Below, piece by piece: positions 12,303-25,084 of a DNA stretch of 64,000 nt (within the stretch, counting starts at the first letter, position 1; each line of letters opens with the position of its first letter). The notes beneath the pieces were generated by a model that was not told the DNA's origin, did no database searches, and saw only the letters and a program-made list of their open reading frames with translations. The translations under genes were made by a program, and so were the position numbers. This stretch comes from Octopus sinensis (taxonomy: Eukaryota). The stretch covers positions 170,500,001-170,564,000 of the forward strand of contig NC_042997.1 of assembly GCF_006345805.1 (NCBI RefSeq). The letters run 5' to 3'.

Positions 12303-12604
12303 GTATTTGCAAAGGGAAGTCATCCTTCCCGTCTTCAACCTATGGTACACACGGACTCGAGTTTCTGGGTATTGACCCATCATCAGCGTGTGACAATCAC
12401 GAGTTGTCGATGAAAAGTAGGCCTTCCTTTGCAAATACATATCCCTTTTCCAGCGATGAAAAGTCACTGATATCGAAAAAGTGTAAACAAGCAATAATAA
12501 ATCTCTGAGCGAGGTATAAACAGTAGCTGCAACAATACCCAGAAGCTCGAGTCCATGTGTATCATAGGTTAAAGACAGGAAGGATGGCTTCCCTTTGCAA
12601 ATAC
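12303..12604. mobile_element. Penelope-like terminal remnant with 72-bp inverted arms (12303-12374 / 12533-12604)
   Basis: Arms are reverse complements (about 90% identical) and carry a hammerhead motif; inverted partial terminal repeats with hammerheads are typical of PLEs. Confidence 0.7.
12348..12392 (-). ncRNA. Minimal type I hammerhead ribozyme, canonical core
   Basis: Minus strand: CACACG CUGAUGA UGGG ucaaua CCCA GAAA CUCGAG UC^CGUGUG; stem I 6 bp, stem II 4 bp, palindromic stem III ACUCGAGU, GUC cleavage triplet. Confidence 0.9.
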
Positions 12605-13289
12605 TCATAGGGCACAGAAAGTGTGTCAATAGCCAGCTGGAGGAGGTGTCCTCCAGTGGCTACAAGCTACAGTAGCATCCACCCTTAAGGGTTAGCCACA
12701 TTTAAGTGACAAATATACTTCACGATGTCATGCAGCTACTGTTTATTCCTCACTCAGAGATTTATTATTGCTTATTAAATGGATGTTTTATTAGAACAAA
12801 CTACACTTTGGTAAATACCATGAAAGAAACTCTCAGATTAGCTTTTTGATGTAAAATTGCTTATATCGCTGAGTGGGAGAGGAGTGTGTATTAATTTGCT
12901 AATAAGCTAAATGTTCTCTTCAATGTGGACTGGGTCATTTATGTGTGTAACATGTTTGTCCCAATATATGTGAGCAATAAATTTATATGAGCTGCACCTC
13001 AGATTTGTAGAAGATTAAGCAATTGATCAAGACTTAAATATTTTCAAGCTGCAGTGTCTGACAGAATTTTGTTGCTAAGTAAATATTAATTTTTATCCAT
13101 GGTTATGAATATATTACTTTTGTCACTTTTACATAATTTTGCTATTTTTTAAATCATATAGATCTTGTTAATGTTTTGTGTTAACTATTTGTTTTTGTTG
13201 TTAAGTATTTGTTATTTATTTTTATTACATTCACCTAAAAGTAAGTTGTCAAGTTTATCATCTATGTTTATGAACTTGTAGGTCTTTAC

Positions 13290-13790
13290 ACGATGTCAAA
13301 AAACAAATTTATGAGGATTCATAAATTTACTAGAAAAACACCAACTTATAAGGTTTCAGAGAAATAATAACCACAAAATTAAAAGCTAAACTGAATAAGC
13401 CAATTGCAGTGATAAATGCACGAATTGGAGGCCTCTAATTTTCTTCTGCCTTGGAGGAGAACTCACCCTAGCAGATATCTGTGGAACAGTAAAAATACAC
13501 AAAGAAAACAACACTCACAAACCTATGATATGTGAAATGCAACAACGCACAAGATTGCTAAATAATTAGACAACATTATCAAAAAGCACATACTGGAGAG
13601 ATGGTCATGTGAAGTAGAAAGTCTGTTCATGAACATTTTAGTGCAGAAGCAACAGAGTTGCATTAAATATAAAACAACCCAAAACTAATTCATTGAAGAA
13701 ATTATTAGTGTCTTATACAAGAGAATACCCTATTACTGTCAGCAAGGCAAACTTTATAAATATATATCAATATGCAGTCATGGCCAAAAA
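13290..13790 (+). pseudogene. Highly degraded Penelope-like RT relic
   Basis: ggaacagtaaaaatacacaaagaaaacaac encodes GTVKIHKENN, resembling the PLE RT (Y)G.xK.HK..NPLRPI motif; many stops and frameshifts. Confidence 0.45.
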
Positions 13791-14217
13791 CTTGGAACAT
13801 TGGTCTGAAAATTAGAATTTTTATATTAAATACCCAAAGTTATATTTTGAATCGAATTGTACTTGGGCATAACAATTTTAATTTTTAAAAAATGTTCCAA
13901 ACTTTTGGCCACGACTGAATATATATATATATATATATATATAACGGGAAGCTTTATGAAAATAGACAAAAGATGAAGGCAGGTGGAAAACAAACAAACA
14001 ATTGTATTAGTATGGCGCTCATACATATAATAATAAATATTAGGGAATAAATCCAAATTTACAAGGAAAAATCAGATTTAAGATTGAATCCAATTTTATA
14101 ATAAAATATTATATTATAATAAATTAGAGACAAAACCACTATTATGCAAATCAAACAAAGAAAGACTTAAGCCAATACATAAAATAATTTATATAAATTA
14201 AAATTTAACAAATGAAT

Positions 14218-14269
14218 AACCACTACGATCGTTTTGTGTCAGCACATCTTAGACATTCTTCAGGTGGTT
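14218..14269 (-). ncRNA. Minimal hammerhead motif with G12 replaced by A
   Basis: Minus strand: AACCAC CUGAAGA AUGUC uaagaugugcu GACAC aAAA CGAUCG UA^GUGGUU. Confidence 0.7.
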
Positions 14270-14319
14270 TCTAAACCTTCTTAGCGAGTTATAAACAATG
14301 AAGTCTAAGAAGGTTTAGA

Positions 14320-14371
14320 AACCACCTGAAGAATGTCTAAGATGTGCTGACACGAAACGATCGTAATGGTT
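14320..14371 (+). ncRNA. Minimal hammerhead motif, intact core, mismatch at the first stem I pair
   Basis: AACCAC CUGAAGA AUGUC uaagaugugcu GACAC GAAA CGAUCG UA^aUGGUU; palindromic ACGAUCGU. Confidence 0.8.
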
Positions 14372-14526
14372 ATTCATTTGTTAAATTTTAATTTATATAA
14401 ATTATTTTATGTATTGGCTTAAGTCTTTCTTTGTTTGATTTGCATAATAGTGGTTTTGTCTCTAATTTATTATAATATATATACATATATATACATATGT
14501 GTGTGTGTGTCTGTGTGTGTATGAAG

Positions 14527-14857
14527 ATGCAGGGCTTAGTGGTTAGAGTGTCAAGCTTACGATCGTGAGGTTGTGAGTTCGAATCCTGGACTGGGCTGTG
14601 TGTTGTGTTCTTGAGCAAGACACTTTATTTCATGTTGTTCCATTTCCCTCAGCTGTAGAAATGAGTTGTGATGTCACAGGTGCCAAGCTGTATTGGCCTT
14701 TACCTTTCCCTTGGATAACACTGGTGGTGTGGAGAGGGGAAGCCATTATGCAATGGGGACTGCTGGTCTTCCATAAACAACTATGCCCGGACTTGTGCCT
14801 CGGAGGGTAACTTTCTAGGTGCAATCCCATGGTCAGTCATGACTGAAGGGGGTCTCA

Positions 14858-14858
<1 letters not shown>
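14527..14858 (+). mobile_element. SINE family D
   Basis: ggcttagtggttagagtgtc (A box), gagttcgaatcc (B box), ttgagcaagacactttatt, end gactgaagggggtct. Confidence 0.85.
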
Positions 14859-14888
<30 letters not shown>

Positions 14889-15669
14889 CGAGGGGTAGCC
14901 CAAAATAACTGGAAATGTTTTCTGTGGGACAAGCCTGTTGTAGTTCAGGCTTTCACCACTAGAAGCCATTTGATGCAACCCTCAGGCATCAGTCTGCCAA
15001 CCGGCAAATGGGGTTGTGTGTTGTTGTATTTCACATGTTGTAGGTTTGAGAGTGTTGTTTTGTTTGTGCCTTTGTTTTGCAGTGCTTCTCCTCTGTTTGT
15101 CAATTTTTGCAATGACTGAAACGAAGGAACAGTGTGCATTCATGAAATTCTGTTTTCTGCTGGGGAAAACAGCAGCTGAAACAGTTGTCATGCTTCAAAC
15201 AGCTTACAAGGACTCTGCCATGAGCAAAACACAAGTTTACAAGTGGTTTCCATGCTTTAGGAATTGTCATGTGTTGCTTGAAGACTAACCTTGTTCAGTA
15301 CAGCTGTCAACCTCTCAAACAAATGAAAACATCATGAAAATTCATGAACTGATCTTGGAAGACCATCACTGAACAAGTGATAAACTTGTTGATATGACTG
15401 GTGTGTTCTGGAACTCCTGCCAATGAATTTTGAGGAAAACTGGTGCTATGGAATTTGCAGATGTGGAAGAGGTGAAGTAAAAAAATGAAAGAGGCATTAA
15501 AAGGCATCGCTTCACAAGAGTTCCAGCACTGCTTTGAATTGCGGAAAGCATGCCTGGACTGAGTCATTGCTTCAAATGGAGAATACTTTGATAGCAATAA
15601 AAGTGTAAACATATAGAACTAAGTGAATAAAATATTGCAAAATTCTGTTTTCTTTTGGGTACCCCCTCA
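14889..15669 (+). mobile_element. Internally deleted mariner transposon in (TA)n
   Basis: Imperfect TIRs cgaggggtagcccaaaa / ttttgggtaccccctca with TA flanks; N-terminal HTH relic EQCAFMKFCFLLGKTAAETVVMLQTAY...QVYKWF; C-terminal relic FADVEEVK. Confidence 0.85.
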
Positions 15670-15695
15670 TATATATGTATGTGCATGTGTGTGTA

Positions 15696-15741
<46 letters not shown>

Positions 15742-15760
15742 GTGTGTGTGTGTGTATGTG

Positions 15761-15797
<37 letters not shown>

Positions 15798-15811
15798 TCA
15801 TCATCATCATC

Positions 15812-17103
15812 ATTTAGTGTCTGTTTTCCATGCTGGCATGGTTTGACCAGGGTTGGCAAGCTGGAAGGCTGCACCAGACTCCAGTCTGATTTGGCACGGT
15901 TTCTACTGCTGGATGCCCTTCCTAATGCCAACCACTCCAAGAGTGTAATGGGTGCTTTTATGTGCCACCAGCGCAGGTGCCAGTTGCATGACACCAGTAT
16001 CTGCCACAACTGTGATTTTACTTGGTTTGACGAGTCTTCTTCTCAAGCATGACATAATGCTAAAGGTCTTGGCCATTGCCCAACACTCGAAAGGAGCTCA
16101 TCCACTTTGCTTCCATGAGGCATGTCTATGATTTTACTTGGCTTGATGGGTCTTCTCAAATACTGCAAATTGCCAAAGGTCTCAGTCACTAGTCATTGCC
16201 TCTGTGAGGCTCAAAAATTCTAAGATCATGTTTCACCACCTTGTCCCACATCTTCCTGGGTCTACCTCTACCACAGGTACCCTCCACAGTTAGAGAGATC
16301 AGCACATTGTTATGCAGCTGTCCATGTCAATATGCATCACATGACCATACCAGTGCAGTCGTCTCTCTTGCGCACCACATCTGATGCCTTTTATACCTAA
16401 CTTTTCTCTCAAGATGCTTACACTTTGTTGAATATGCCCACTGACATTGCCATCCAGTGAAGCATACTGATTTCATTTCTTTCAATCCTACACATGTCCT
16501 CAGGTGTCACAGCCCATGTTTCACTGCTATTTTCCCTGTAAACCTTCCCCTGATATTGCTGCACCTCTTATGTGCCCAAAACTTACGCCAGGTACATTTT
16601 ATGGAGTTTCTACCTATGCCTTTTCTACAGATCAAGCAGGGCCACCTACCTGAAGGGATTTGTCATTGCCTGCCTTCCTACTTATTAAGACTTTGGTTTT
16701 TGATAGGTTAACTCTAAGGCCCTTCGATTCTAGACCTTGCTTCCATACCTGAAGGGGCAGCCTGTCTTAAATTCCTCTGTTATTGCCTGGAGGACTATGA
16801 TGAACAATAGGTGGCTGAGGACCAATCCTTGATGAAGCCCTACTTGTACCCTGAATTCTTCAGTATACTTGCTGCCAAACTTCACCTTACTGGTAGCATT
16901 ACTGTACATGTCTTGTACAGCTCTCACCAACTACTTGTCTATCCCCACTTTCCGCATTGACTACCAGATAAGGAATTGGAGGACCCTGTCAAAAGCTTTC
17001 TCCAAATCAACAAAAACCAAGTACAACGGTTTATCTTTGGCTATGTATTTCTCCTGCTGCTACTTTACCAGAAATATAGCATCAGTGGTGCTTCTACCTG
17101 GCA
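15812..17103 (-). mobile_element. Degraded RTE LINE 3' portion with internal deletions
   Basis: Homologous to 4100-6100 (FQVGLHQGLVLS, EEFKTGCP, Cys-finger region, 3' UTR, (cat)n tail). Confidence 0.85.
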
Positions 17104-17127
17104 CGAACACACACACACACACACACA

Positions 17128-17167
<40 letters not shown>

Positions 17168-17237
17168 TACATCATACATACATACATATATATATATATA
17201 TACATACACACACACACACATATATATGTATACTATA

Positions 17238-17375
17238 TGCTTTCAGTTTTGATCCACAAAATCCACTCACAAGGCTTTGGTCTGCCCAGAACACACTTGA
17301 CCACGATGTCACACAGTGGGACTGAACACAGGACCAGGTTGCAAAGCAAACTTCTTAGATACACAGCCATGCCTG
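17238..17375 (-). mobile_element. SINE family A 5' half
   Basis: tttcagtttt...aaatccactcacaaggctttggtc...cacagtgggactgaac next to a (CA)n/(TA)n tract. Confidence 0.65.
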
Positions 17376-18051
17376 CACCTGTGATGTATGTCAATAATGA
17401 ATTATTGGTAAGGGAGAAAGATGGAAGTGCAAGGGTAGAAGTATAGAAGGGTAGCAGTATAGAAGGGTAGCACTATAGAAGAGTAGCAAGCAGAACTGGG
17501 TACCTCTATCTGTTTGATAGAAGAGAAAGAGTTTAGAGGGGTATCAGATACCGTTAAATGCAATGAAATCCTTTGTTGTTACATAGGCATTGTGACATGA
17601 GAAAAGATACTAAGGCAGCATTACATAACATTACACAACCAGAAGAGCATGCTTATTTCATGTCCTTAGCATGAAATCACCACATCTTATTACCATGTAG
17701 CATCACAGTTTGTATATGCATCCACCATAGTTTGTGCTTCATTCTGTGGGAGAAGACCTTTGTTGCCAACAGAGGGAATCTTTTATCTTTTATCTTTTAC
17801 TGGAACTGTGACCATGCTAGAACACTGCCTTAGAGGGTTTAGTTAAACAAATCGACCCCAGGACTTATTTTTTAAGCCTTGTACTTATTCTATCAGTTTC
17901 TTTAGCTGAATCACTAAGTTAGTGAGAGGTAAACACAACAAGAATGACACACACATGCACATATGTACATGCATGTGTGCATGTGCATATGCATGTGGGT
18001 GTATACATACATACATACATACATACATACATACATACATACATACATACA

Positions 18052-18097
<46 letters not shown>

Positions 18098-18105
18098 GAC
18101 ATATA

Positions 18106-18320
18106 TGAGGGGTGCTGAAGAGTTTTCTGGCTTTGGGTAAAAGAAAATACAAGAGGATCAGTTATTATGATTATATTCAACATATTCCCCTCTCACATTC
18201 ACACACTTATTGCAGCAGTCCCTTAGTTTTTCTAAGCCCTGTAAAAGAACTTGGAAGGTTGGGCCTCCAACCAGGCCTTTTGTGATACCCATAAAGCCAG
18301 GAACTTTTCAGCATTCCTTT
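18106..18320. mobile_element. Mariner-type MITE (second, truncated copy at 35987-36148)
   Basis: TIRs tgaggggtgctgaagagttttctggcttt / aaagccaggaacttttcagcattcct; TA-rich flanks. Confidence 0.75.
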
Positions 18321-18347
18321 GTGTGTGTGTGTGTGTGTGTGTGTGTC

Positions 18348-18386
<39 letters not shown>

Positions 18387-18829
18387 GCAGAGTGGTTAGT
18401 GTTAGGAAGGGCATCCAGCTGTAAAAATCTTGCCAAAACAGTCACAGAAGTCTGGTGCAGGCTTCTGCTTGGCCAGATCTTGTGAAACTGTCCCACCCAT
18501 GCTAGGATGGAGGGTGAGCATTAAACGATGATGATGATGATGATAATGATGATATATATATACATGCTAGTAACATCATCACTTAATGTCCACTTTCTAT
18601 GCAAACATGGGTTTGAAGGTTTGATAGGTTCTGGCAAGGAGCAAGGCCACATGAAGCTCATTACAGGCTTCTGCGCAGTTTTTATCAAATAAATTCACTC
18701 ACAAGGCATCGGTCAGTCTGGGGCTATAGTAGAAAACGCCCAAGATGCCAAGCAGTGGCACTGAACCTGAAACCATGTAGCTGCAAGCTTTTTATCCACA
18801 CAAACATGCCTTCAGCTTTTACAATAGTA

Positions 18830-19220
18830 CAGTACATTCTTTGGCATAAACGTTCAGATAGAAAACATCAAACACATTACAATCATTTACACCAAAGACA
18901 CGAATAAATGGATTTTTATTGCATGAAGACAGTGAATGTTCACGCAGATACAAAATGTCAGCGATAAAATCTTTGCAGAGAACACCATCTAGAGTCTCTT
19001 TCATGAATGAACCTCCAGATAAAGAAATCCACAGAATAAGACAAACGCTAGGCAACAATGGTTATTCCAACAAGTAATAGAAAGAAATACACTGCAACAA
19101 ATACATTAGATACCACACCTGTTAAAAGTACACAAACTCATAGAATGTGTTAAAGGAAATAAATTACATAGTATGAAATTCCTGAATGCATTATCAAAAG
19201 CCTCATGAAACAACAACATC
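18830..19220 (+). pseudogene. Degraded Penelope-like RT C-terminal relic
   Basis: DSECSRRYKMSAIK and KEIHRIRQTLGNNGYSN resemble the PLE 'ECP..YK' and 'I.Q.L.NNGY' motifs. Confidence 0.5.
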
Positions 19221-20399
19221 AAGCAACAAAACACTTATGTTAATATCTTTCATCCTTTATTTTTTTTACTTGTTTCAGTAAGCGGACTGCAGCTATGTTA
19301 GGGCACCTCCGGGAAGTTTGACAAATGGAACCAAATCATAGTATTTGTTTTTTTCATTTTTAAACCTAGTACTTATTCTATTGGCCCCGTTTTGCCAAAC
19401 AGCAAAGTTGCAGGGATGCAAACAAACTGGCACTGGTTGACAAGTGGTGAGAGTTGCAGACAACCACAAAAGCACACTTATATATGCATATATACATACA
19501 TGTATATATATATACATACATATATATACACATATATATACACACATATATGTGCATATATATGTATGTGAATGTATATATACATGCATATACATATATA
19601 GTCTATATCTCTATTTATGTTTGTATGTTTGTGTGCATGCATGTATATACACACACATGCACACATACATATATGGTTCCACATAAAAGCACTTGTGTGA
19701 TGCCATGTAAAAATGCCTGCACAGTGCCATGTAAAAGCACCCAACACACTCTGTAAAGTAGCTGGTGTTAGGAAGGGCTAACACCCGTAGAAACCATGCC
19801 AAATCAGACTTGAGTGTGGTGCAGCTCCCCAGTTTGGATAGGGAGAAAATTAGAATTTTAAAAAGGTGTTTTGGGGTTTTCAAAATCTTCAATTTTTAAG
19901 TATGCTTCAACTGGAAAGCCCATCAAACTAGAAACAACAGCCAAACCAAAGATCCACTTTCTAAATATGAATTACCAAATAAGAAAAAAATTTTTTAAAT
20001 GTCATTTTGTTGTCATGTGTATGTGTGTGTGAGTGCAAAAAAACTAATTTTTACATACCTCTCTTAATTCCAAAAGACCCTCAACCATAACATGTTCACT
20101 TTCTGTCACAGGTGCACAGGCAGAGGGTAAGGGTGTTTATTTATTTATCTATTTTTGGAAAATTAAAATTTTGAAATGATGATTTTTTTTGCAGATTCAG
20201 AATCTCTGCAGTCGAAAAAGGGGGTTTCTGTTGAACCCACCCCGCCAAAAAAGGGAAAAAAACTGAAAGGGAGTGTAGTCCATGTCATTTACCTCCACCA
20301 AGCCCTGTTTCCAGTTATTTTTGTAGTTTTGCCATGCTGTAAGAATTTTTTTTTTTATACCTAACATAATATATTCATTTCTACTTTACCTGATATAAT

Positions 20400-20720
20400 T
20401 CCGGTGGCACGTAAAAAGGCACCATCCGATCGTGACCATTTGCCAGCCTCATCTGGCCCCCGTGCCAGTGGCACGTAAAAAGCACCATCCGATCGTGGCC
20501 ATTTGCCAGCCTCGTTTGGCACCTGTGCAGGTGGCACATAAAAAGCACCCACTACACTCACGGAGTGGTTGGTGTTAGGAAGGGCATCCAGCTGTAGAAA
20601 CACTGCCAGATCAGACTGGGCCTGGCGCAGCCTTCTGGCTTCCCAGACCCCAGTTGAACCGTCCAACCCATGCTAGCATGGAAAATGGACGTTAAACGAT
20701 GATGATGATGATGATGATGA
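20400..20720 (+). mobile_element. RTE 3' UTR copy with two repeat units and a (GAT)n tail (shorter relics at 18385-18550 and 19680-19840)
   Basis: aaagcacccactacactcacggagtggttggtgttaggaagggcatccagctgtagaaac...ggacgttaaacgatgatgatg. Confidence 0.9.
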
Positions 20721-21441
20721 ATTCCCCTCAAATTTAATTTTACTTGAAACAAGATGCTTCTGTGACAAACTGTTGTTATATGGTACACAAAAGGGAAAAC
20801 AAGTGATATTTTTTATCCCATTACACATTTCTTCAATAGAAATATTCCTTTTATGCATTTTAAAAGACTGAAAATGTCTTTCTTTTCAAAATTCTAATTT
20901 CGTTTATCACACATGCACTTGTAGTGTTTGGCTTTTTCTTCATAGTGAAAATAGAATAAAGGAGAGAAAAGAGATTTTTTTTTTTAAATAGGAGTTGAAA
21001 ATGCTTCAGAATGTAAAATACAATGTTTTCAAACTAGCAAGGAAAAAAATAATGAGAAATCAGAAATTACTCATTTTGCCCCAGTTTGTTATTTTGTCTG
21101 AAGAAAATGGTTAGATCTAAAAAAAAAAAAATAACAGATGAACCTATATGCAATAATTTTAAAGCCAAAGAAAAAAGTGCTTTTAGCTGTTAAGAGATGT
21201 AATTTTATAATTAAAATAAAAATAAAAATCTAAATTTTGGAGCTTATTTTGTATTTACTAGTTAGGAAGATTTCAAAGACTTACTGAAATAATAAAACTT
21301 AGCAATGCTAATTTGTGTGTGTGTGTGTGCCCCTTTGTTTTGAAATGGTCAGTTTGAGGTCATCATTGGTCAGTTGCATTGGAAACAGGAATTCAAATAG
21401 ACAATAAAACTTATTCTTTAGTCTATTTCTCTATATACATC

Positions 21442-21492
<51 letters not shown>

Positions 21493-22077
21493 ACATACAC
21501 ACACATATACATACATAATACATACATACAAACATGTTTTTCTTTTTTACTTTTTTTGTGTCATTTCATTGGCACCATCCCTTTTTAGTGGACTGGTGTA
21601 GAGACAAAACGTTTTTTCTCAGTCTATTTCGTTTTATTGGCCCTGCCTGCATGACAAAATACAAAAAGGAAAATACTGACAGAATGAAAAAATCAAGTTG
21701 ATCAGAGGGGCCCCTCAGGTATTAGGGGCCCTGAAGCTTAAGCTTCATTAGTTTTATTGCGGATCCACCACTAATACTCATAAAACAGCAGAACAAATAC
21801 AGAGACAGCATACACGAGCCACAAAAAAATAGACAGCAGGCTAATGGCATGTAAATCTAACCATCAAATTTAATGTCTACTATATGCATAACACATCACT
21901 TAATCCCGAAGAAAATAATATAAAGATCTTAGCATATTGATGATGGCTTTAAAAATTTTACAGTTTCAATCAAACTGCAACGACCTCATGAAAATATGAA
22001 AGAGACGTTAGTGTCAAAAAGACAAGAAAGATAGAAACGTAGAACACAGCATGACTAAAAGAAACCCTACCCAGCCT

Positions 22078-22497
22078 AAGGTGGCGAGCTGGCAGAAACG
22101 TTAGTATGCCGGGCGAAATGTTTAGCGGTATTTCATCTGTCTTTACGTTCTGAGTTCAAATTCCGCCAAGGTCGACTTTGCTTTTCATCCTTTCGGGGTT
22201 GATTAAATAAGTACCAGTTACGCACTGGGGTTGATATAATTGACTTAATCCGTTTGTCTGTCCTTGTTTGTCCCCTCTGTGCTTAGCCCCTTGTGGGTAG
22301 TAAAGAAATAGGTGTTTCGTCTGTCTTTATGTTCTGAGTTCAAATTCCGCCAAGGTTGACTTTGCCTTTCATCTTTTCGGGTCGATTAAATAAGTACCAG
22401 TTACACACTGGGGTCGATATAATCGACTTAATCCGTTTGGCTGTCCTTGTTTGTCTCCTCTGTGTGTAGCCCCTTGTGGGCAGTAAAGAAATAAGAA
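22078..22497 (+). mobile_element. SINE family B, head-to-tail dimer with a single head
   Basis: The unit from tttcgtctgtcttta to gtaaagaaata occurs twice; junction aaagaaataggtgtttcgtctg. Confidence 0.9.
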
Positions 22498-23139
22498 ACC
22501 CTACCCAGGACAAGCCTTAGGAGTGGATTTGGTTGTTTAGAAACTGAAAGAAACTCATATATATACACACATATAAACACAGACAGATACATATATATTT
22601 GTGCGTGTGTGTGTCTGTGTGTGTCTTTGGCTTAATATTGTATGGAAGGTGTGACCTTCACCAACATATACGTAATGTCAGTCATTTCCTATCTTCAATG
22701 AATATAAGCTTAGGCATGGGGAAATATTACTTTGCTTGGAGACAAGTGAGAGCTAGCCAGAAGGTGGGCATCTGACTATAGAAAATCTGCCTCACTGAAT
22801 CTTGTCTGATGCATGCTAGCATAAGAAAATGGATGTTAAAATGGCGATGTTGATGTCGACAATGATGATGGCAATGGTAATGAAAATGATGATGACTGCA
22901 ATGAAAGTGGACAGTATATTATGCTAGTGGAGAAATACATCTGTTGAACTGTGGCTAACTGGTTAAGGATGATCTGGAGAATAATGTTTAAGTTTGAACA
23001 AGACAAACAGTAAAGATCTATAAAGCAAGATTGTTCTAAGCTTCAGACAGTATAGAAAATAAATGCAAAACAATAGATGATAATTTTCCTTGAATATTTT
23101 TCATAATGGCTTGTATTAATAATAATAATAATAAAAATG

Positions 23140-23185
<46 letters not shown>

Positions 23186-23196
23186 TAATAATGATG

Positions 23197-23238
<42 letters not shown>

Positions 23239-23771
23239 GATGCAGTACCAGGCTTCTGATCTTAACTGATTGGAAGTGTTATCATGTACATTGTTTTGTC
23301 TTGGTATAAAAGATGGGCTACAGCAAATATTCTGCTCAATATCACAGATTTGCTTGTCAGTTGTTTGACCGTAACCAGTTGAGCATGTCCCTTAGTGGCT
23401 GACAATATGTGCATTTCTGATCACGAGCAGAAGTAGTGGGGGAGCATCATAGCCCTGTGTTGAGAGGGATTCTTTGGGGTTTGAATAATTCACCTCTGGA
23501 AACATGGGTGGTTCTTTCAACATCCTTAAACAATCCTTATTCAGGGACCGTTTGAGCGGGATGGGTTACTCAACCTGAAGAAAATTCTAACTGGGCCCCA
23601 CCTGCAAGGTCATGTGCTGTTTATCTTGATATGAGATCACCATGTCGCGCACATATGGTTGTGATGCATGTGCCTGGTGTACCTTTATCAGACGGGTAGT
23701 CATGATGGGTATATTGGCTTCATATATTTTACCCCAGTGTCACTTTGATGGCATGAACTGCTCTCTCACTC
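23239..23771 (+). mobile_element. About 550-bp non-coding (TAA)n-embedded element, copy 1 (extra 25-bp 3' end at 23797-23821)
   Basis: Colinear with 62361-62918 and the reverse complement of 50435-50978; (taa)n on both sides. Confidence 0.85.
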
Positions 23772-23864
23772 AATAATAATAATAATAATAATAATAGATG
23801 GCATGAACTGCTCTCTCACTCAATAATAATAATAATAATAATGATATTAATAATAATGACAATA

Positions 23865-23895
<31 letters not shown>

Positions 23896-24509
23896 GGGCG
23901 ACGACAATGATGGTGATGATGATCATGATAATAATCTAAATAAATGATCTTTGTTAAAAAAATTCTGAGGAATTGAAAAAAATTTTCCCAATATCCTCCT
24001 ATAAGTATTTTCCTTGCCATTAAATATAGATCTACAGTAATGTAAGTTCTTAGTTATGACAAATTTTCTGTCTGTTATTCTTGATCTCTTCTCATTTTCC
24101 TTCCTTTCGTTTAGAAGGATTTAGAAATTAAAAGTAAAAATATTCAGTTAAAATTAAATCCATAACTATCATTGTGTAATAAATTTTCGCATCCCTTTCA
24201 TAAGAAATGAGAAGTTCTGAAGGGAACACTTCTTGAAAGAGAGAATTTGAATTATCATATCTTATTTTTAATTGTACTTTGCCCATGCTGGGACACCACC
24301 TTGAATGGTTTTAATCAAACAAATTGATCCCAATACTTATTTTTGCTAAACTGTTAAGTTATGAGGATGTAAACAAACCAACACTAGTTCTCAAGCAGTG
24401 ATGGGGACAAACACAAGGACAATGACACACACACATGCATGGACACATGCATACATACATATGTAAATATACATACATACATACATACACACACAGACAC
24501 ACACACAGA

Positions 24510-24573
<64 letters not shown>

Positions 24574-24678
24574 TGTATGTATGTATGTATGTATGTATAT
24601 AATTGAAAAAATGAGCTAGCCAGCTCTACTCATTTTTTCAGATACTTATAATACTGTACCAAGAACTTTTTATTATTC

Positions 24679-24714
<36 letters not shown>

Positions 24715-24718
<4 letters not shown>

Positions 24719-24975
24719 AGACCCCCTTTGGTCATGACTGACTGTGGGATTGCACCTAGAAAATTACCCTCCCAGGCACAAGTCAGGGCAAGGTTGTTTA
24801 TGGAAGACCAGCAGTCGCCCATGCATACCAGCCTCCCCTCTCCACATCACCCATGTTATCCAAGGGAAAAGCAAAGGCTGATACAGCTTGGCACCTGTGA
24901 CGTCACAACTCATTTCCACAGCTGAATGAACTGGAGCAACGTAAAATAAAGTGTCTGGCTCATGAACACAACGTT
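24715..24975 (-). mobile_element. SINE family D, 5'-truncated
   Basis: Reverse complement of the 3' part of 14527-14858. Confidence 0.8.
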
Positions 24976-25084
24976 TTCAGAGCATCCACAGAACTTACAT
25001 TACTCTGAACATATATATGTGTGTGTATATATATATATTTTTTTTTTATATATATACACATATATATATATGACAAGCTATCCA

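Larger units (their letters stand above)
13944..14479. mobile_element. Penelope-like fold-back remnant in (TA)n; about 175-bp arms 14110-14284 / 14305-14479, 20-nt spacer
   Basis: Arms are reverse complements with two substitutions and one indel; shares outer sequence with 34915-35276. Confidence 0.8.

Noticed and set aside
14527-14600. tRNA genes (also at 31199, 47441, 57418)
   Set aside because: A/B boxes are present but run into SINE bodies, with no complete cloverleaf
16740-16770. Two RTE copies (here and at about 25315) both lose YADD with breakpoints near EKFQVW
   Set aside because: The breakpoints differ and do not coincide with a splice site; two cases are insufficient
20112-20126. 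15-nt micro-exon (cacag|gtgcacaggcagagg|gtaagg)
   Set aside because: Good sites, but too short to support without transcripts and possibly within a repeat
21587-21774. Possible MITE containing palindromes aggggcccct and gaagcttaagcttc
   Set aside because: Only 6-bp terminal match (tagtgg/ccacta) and no second copy
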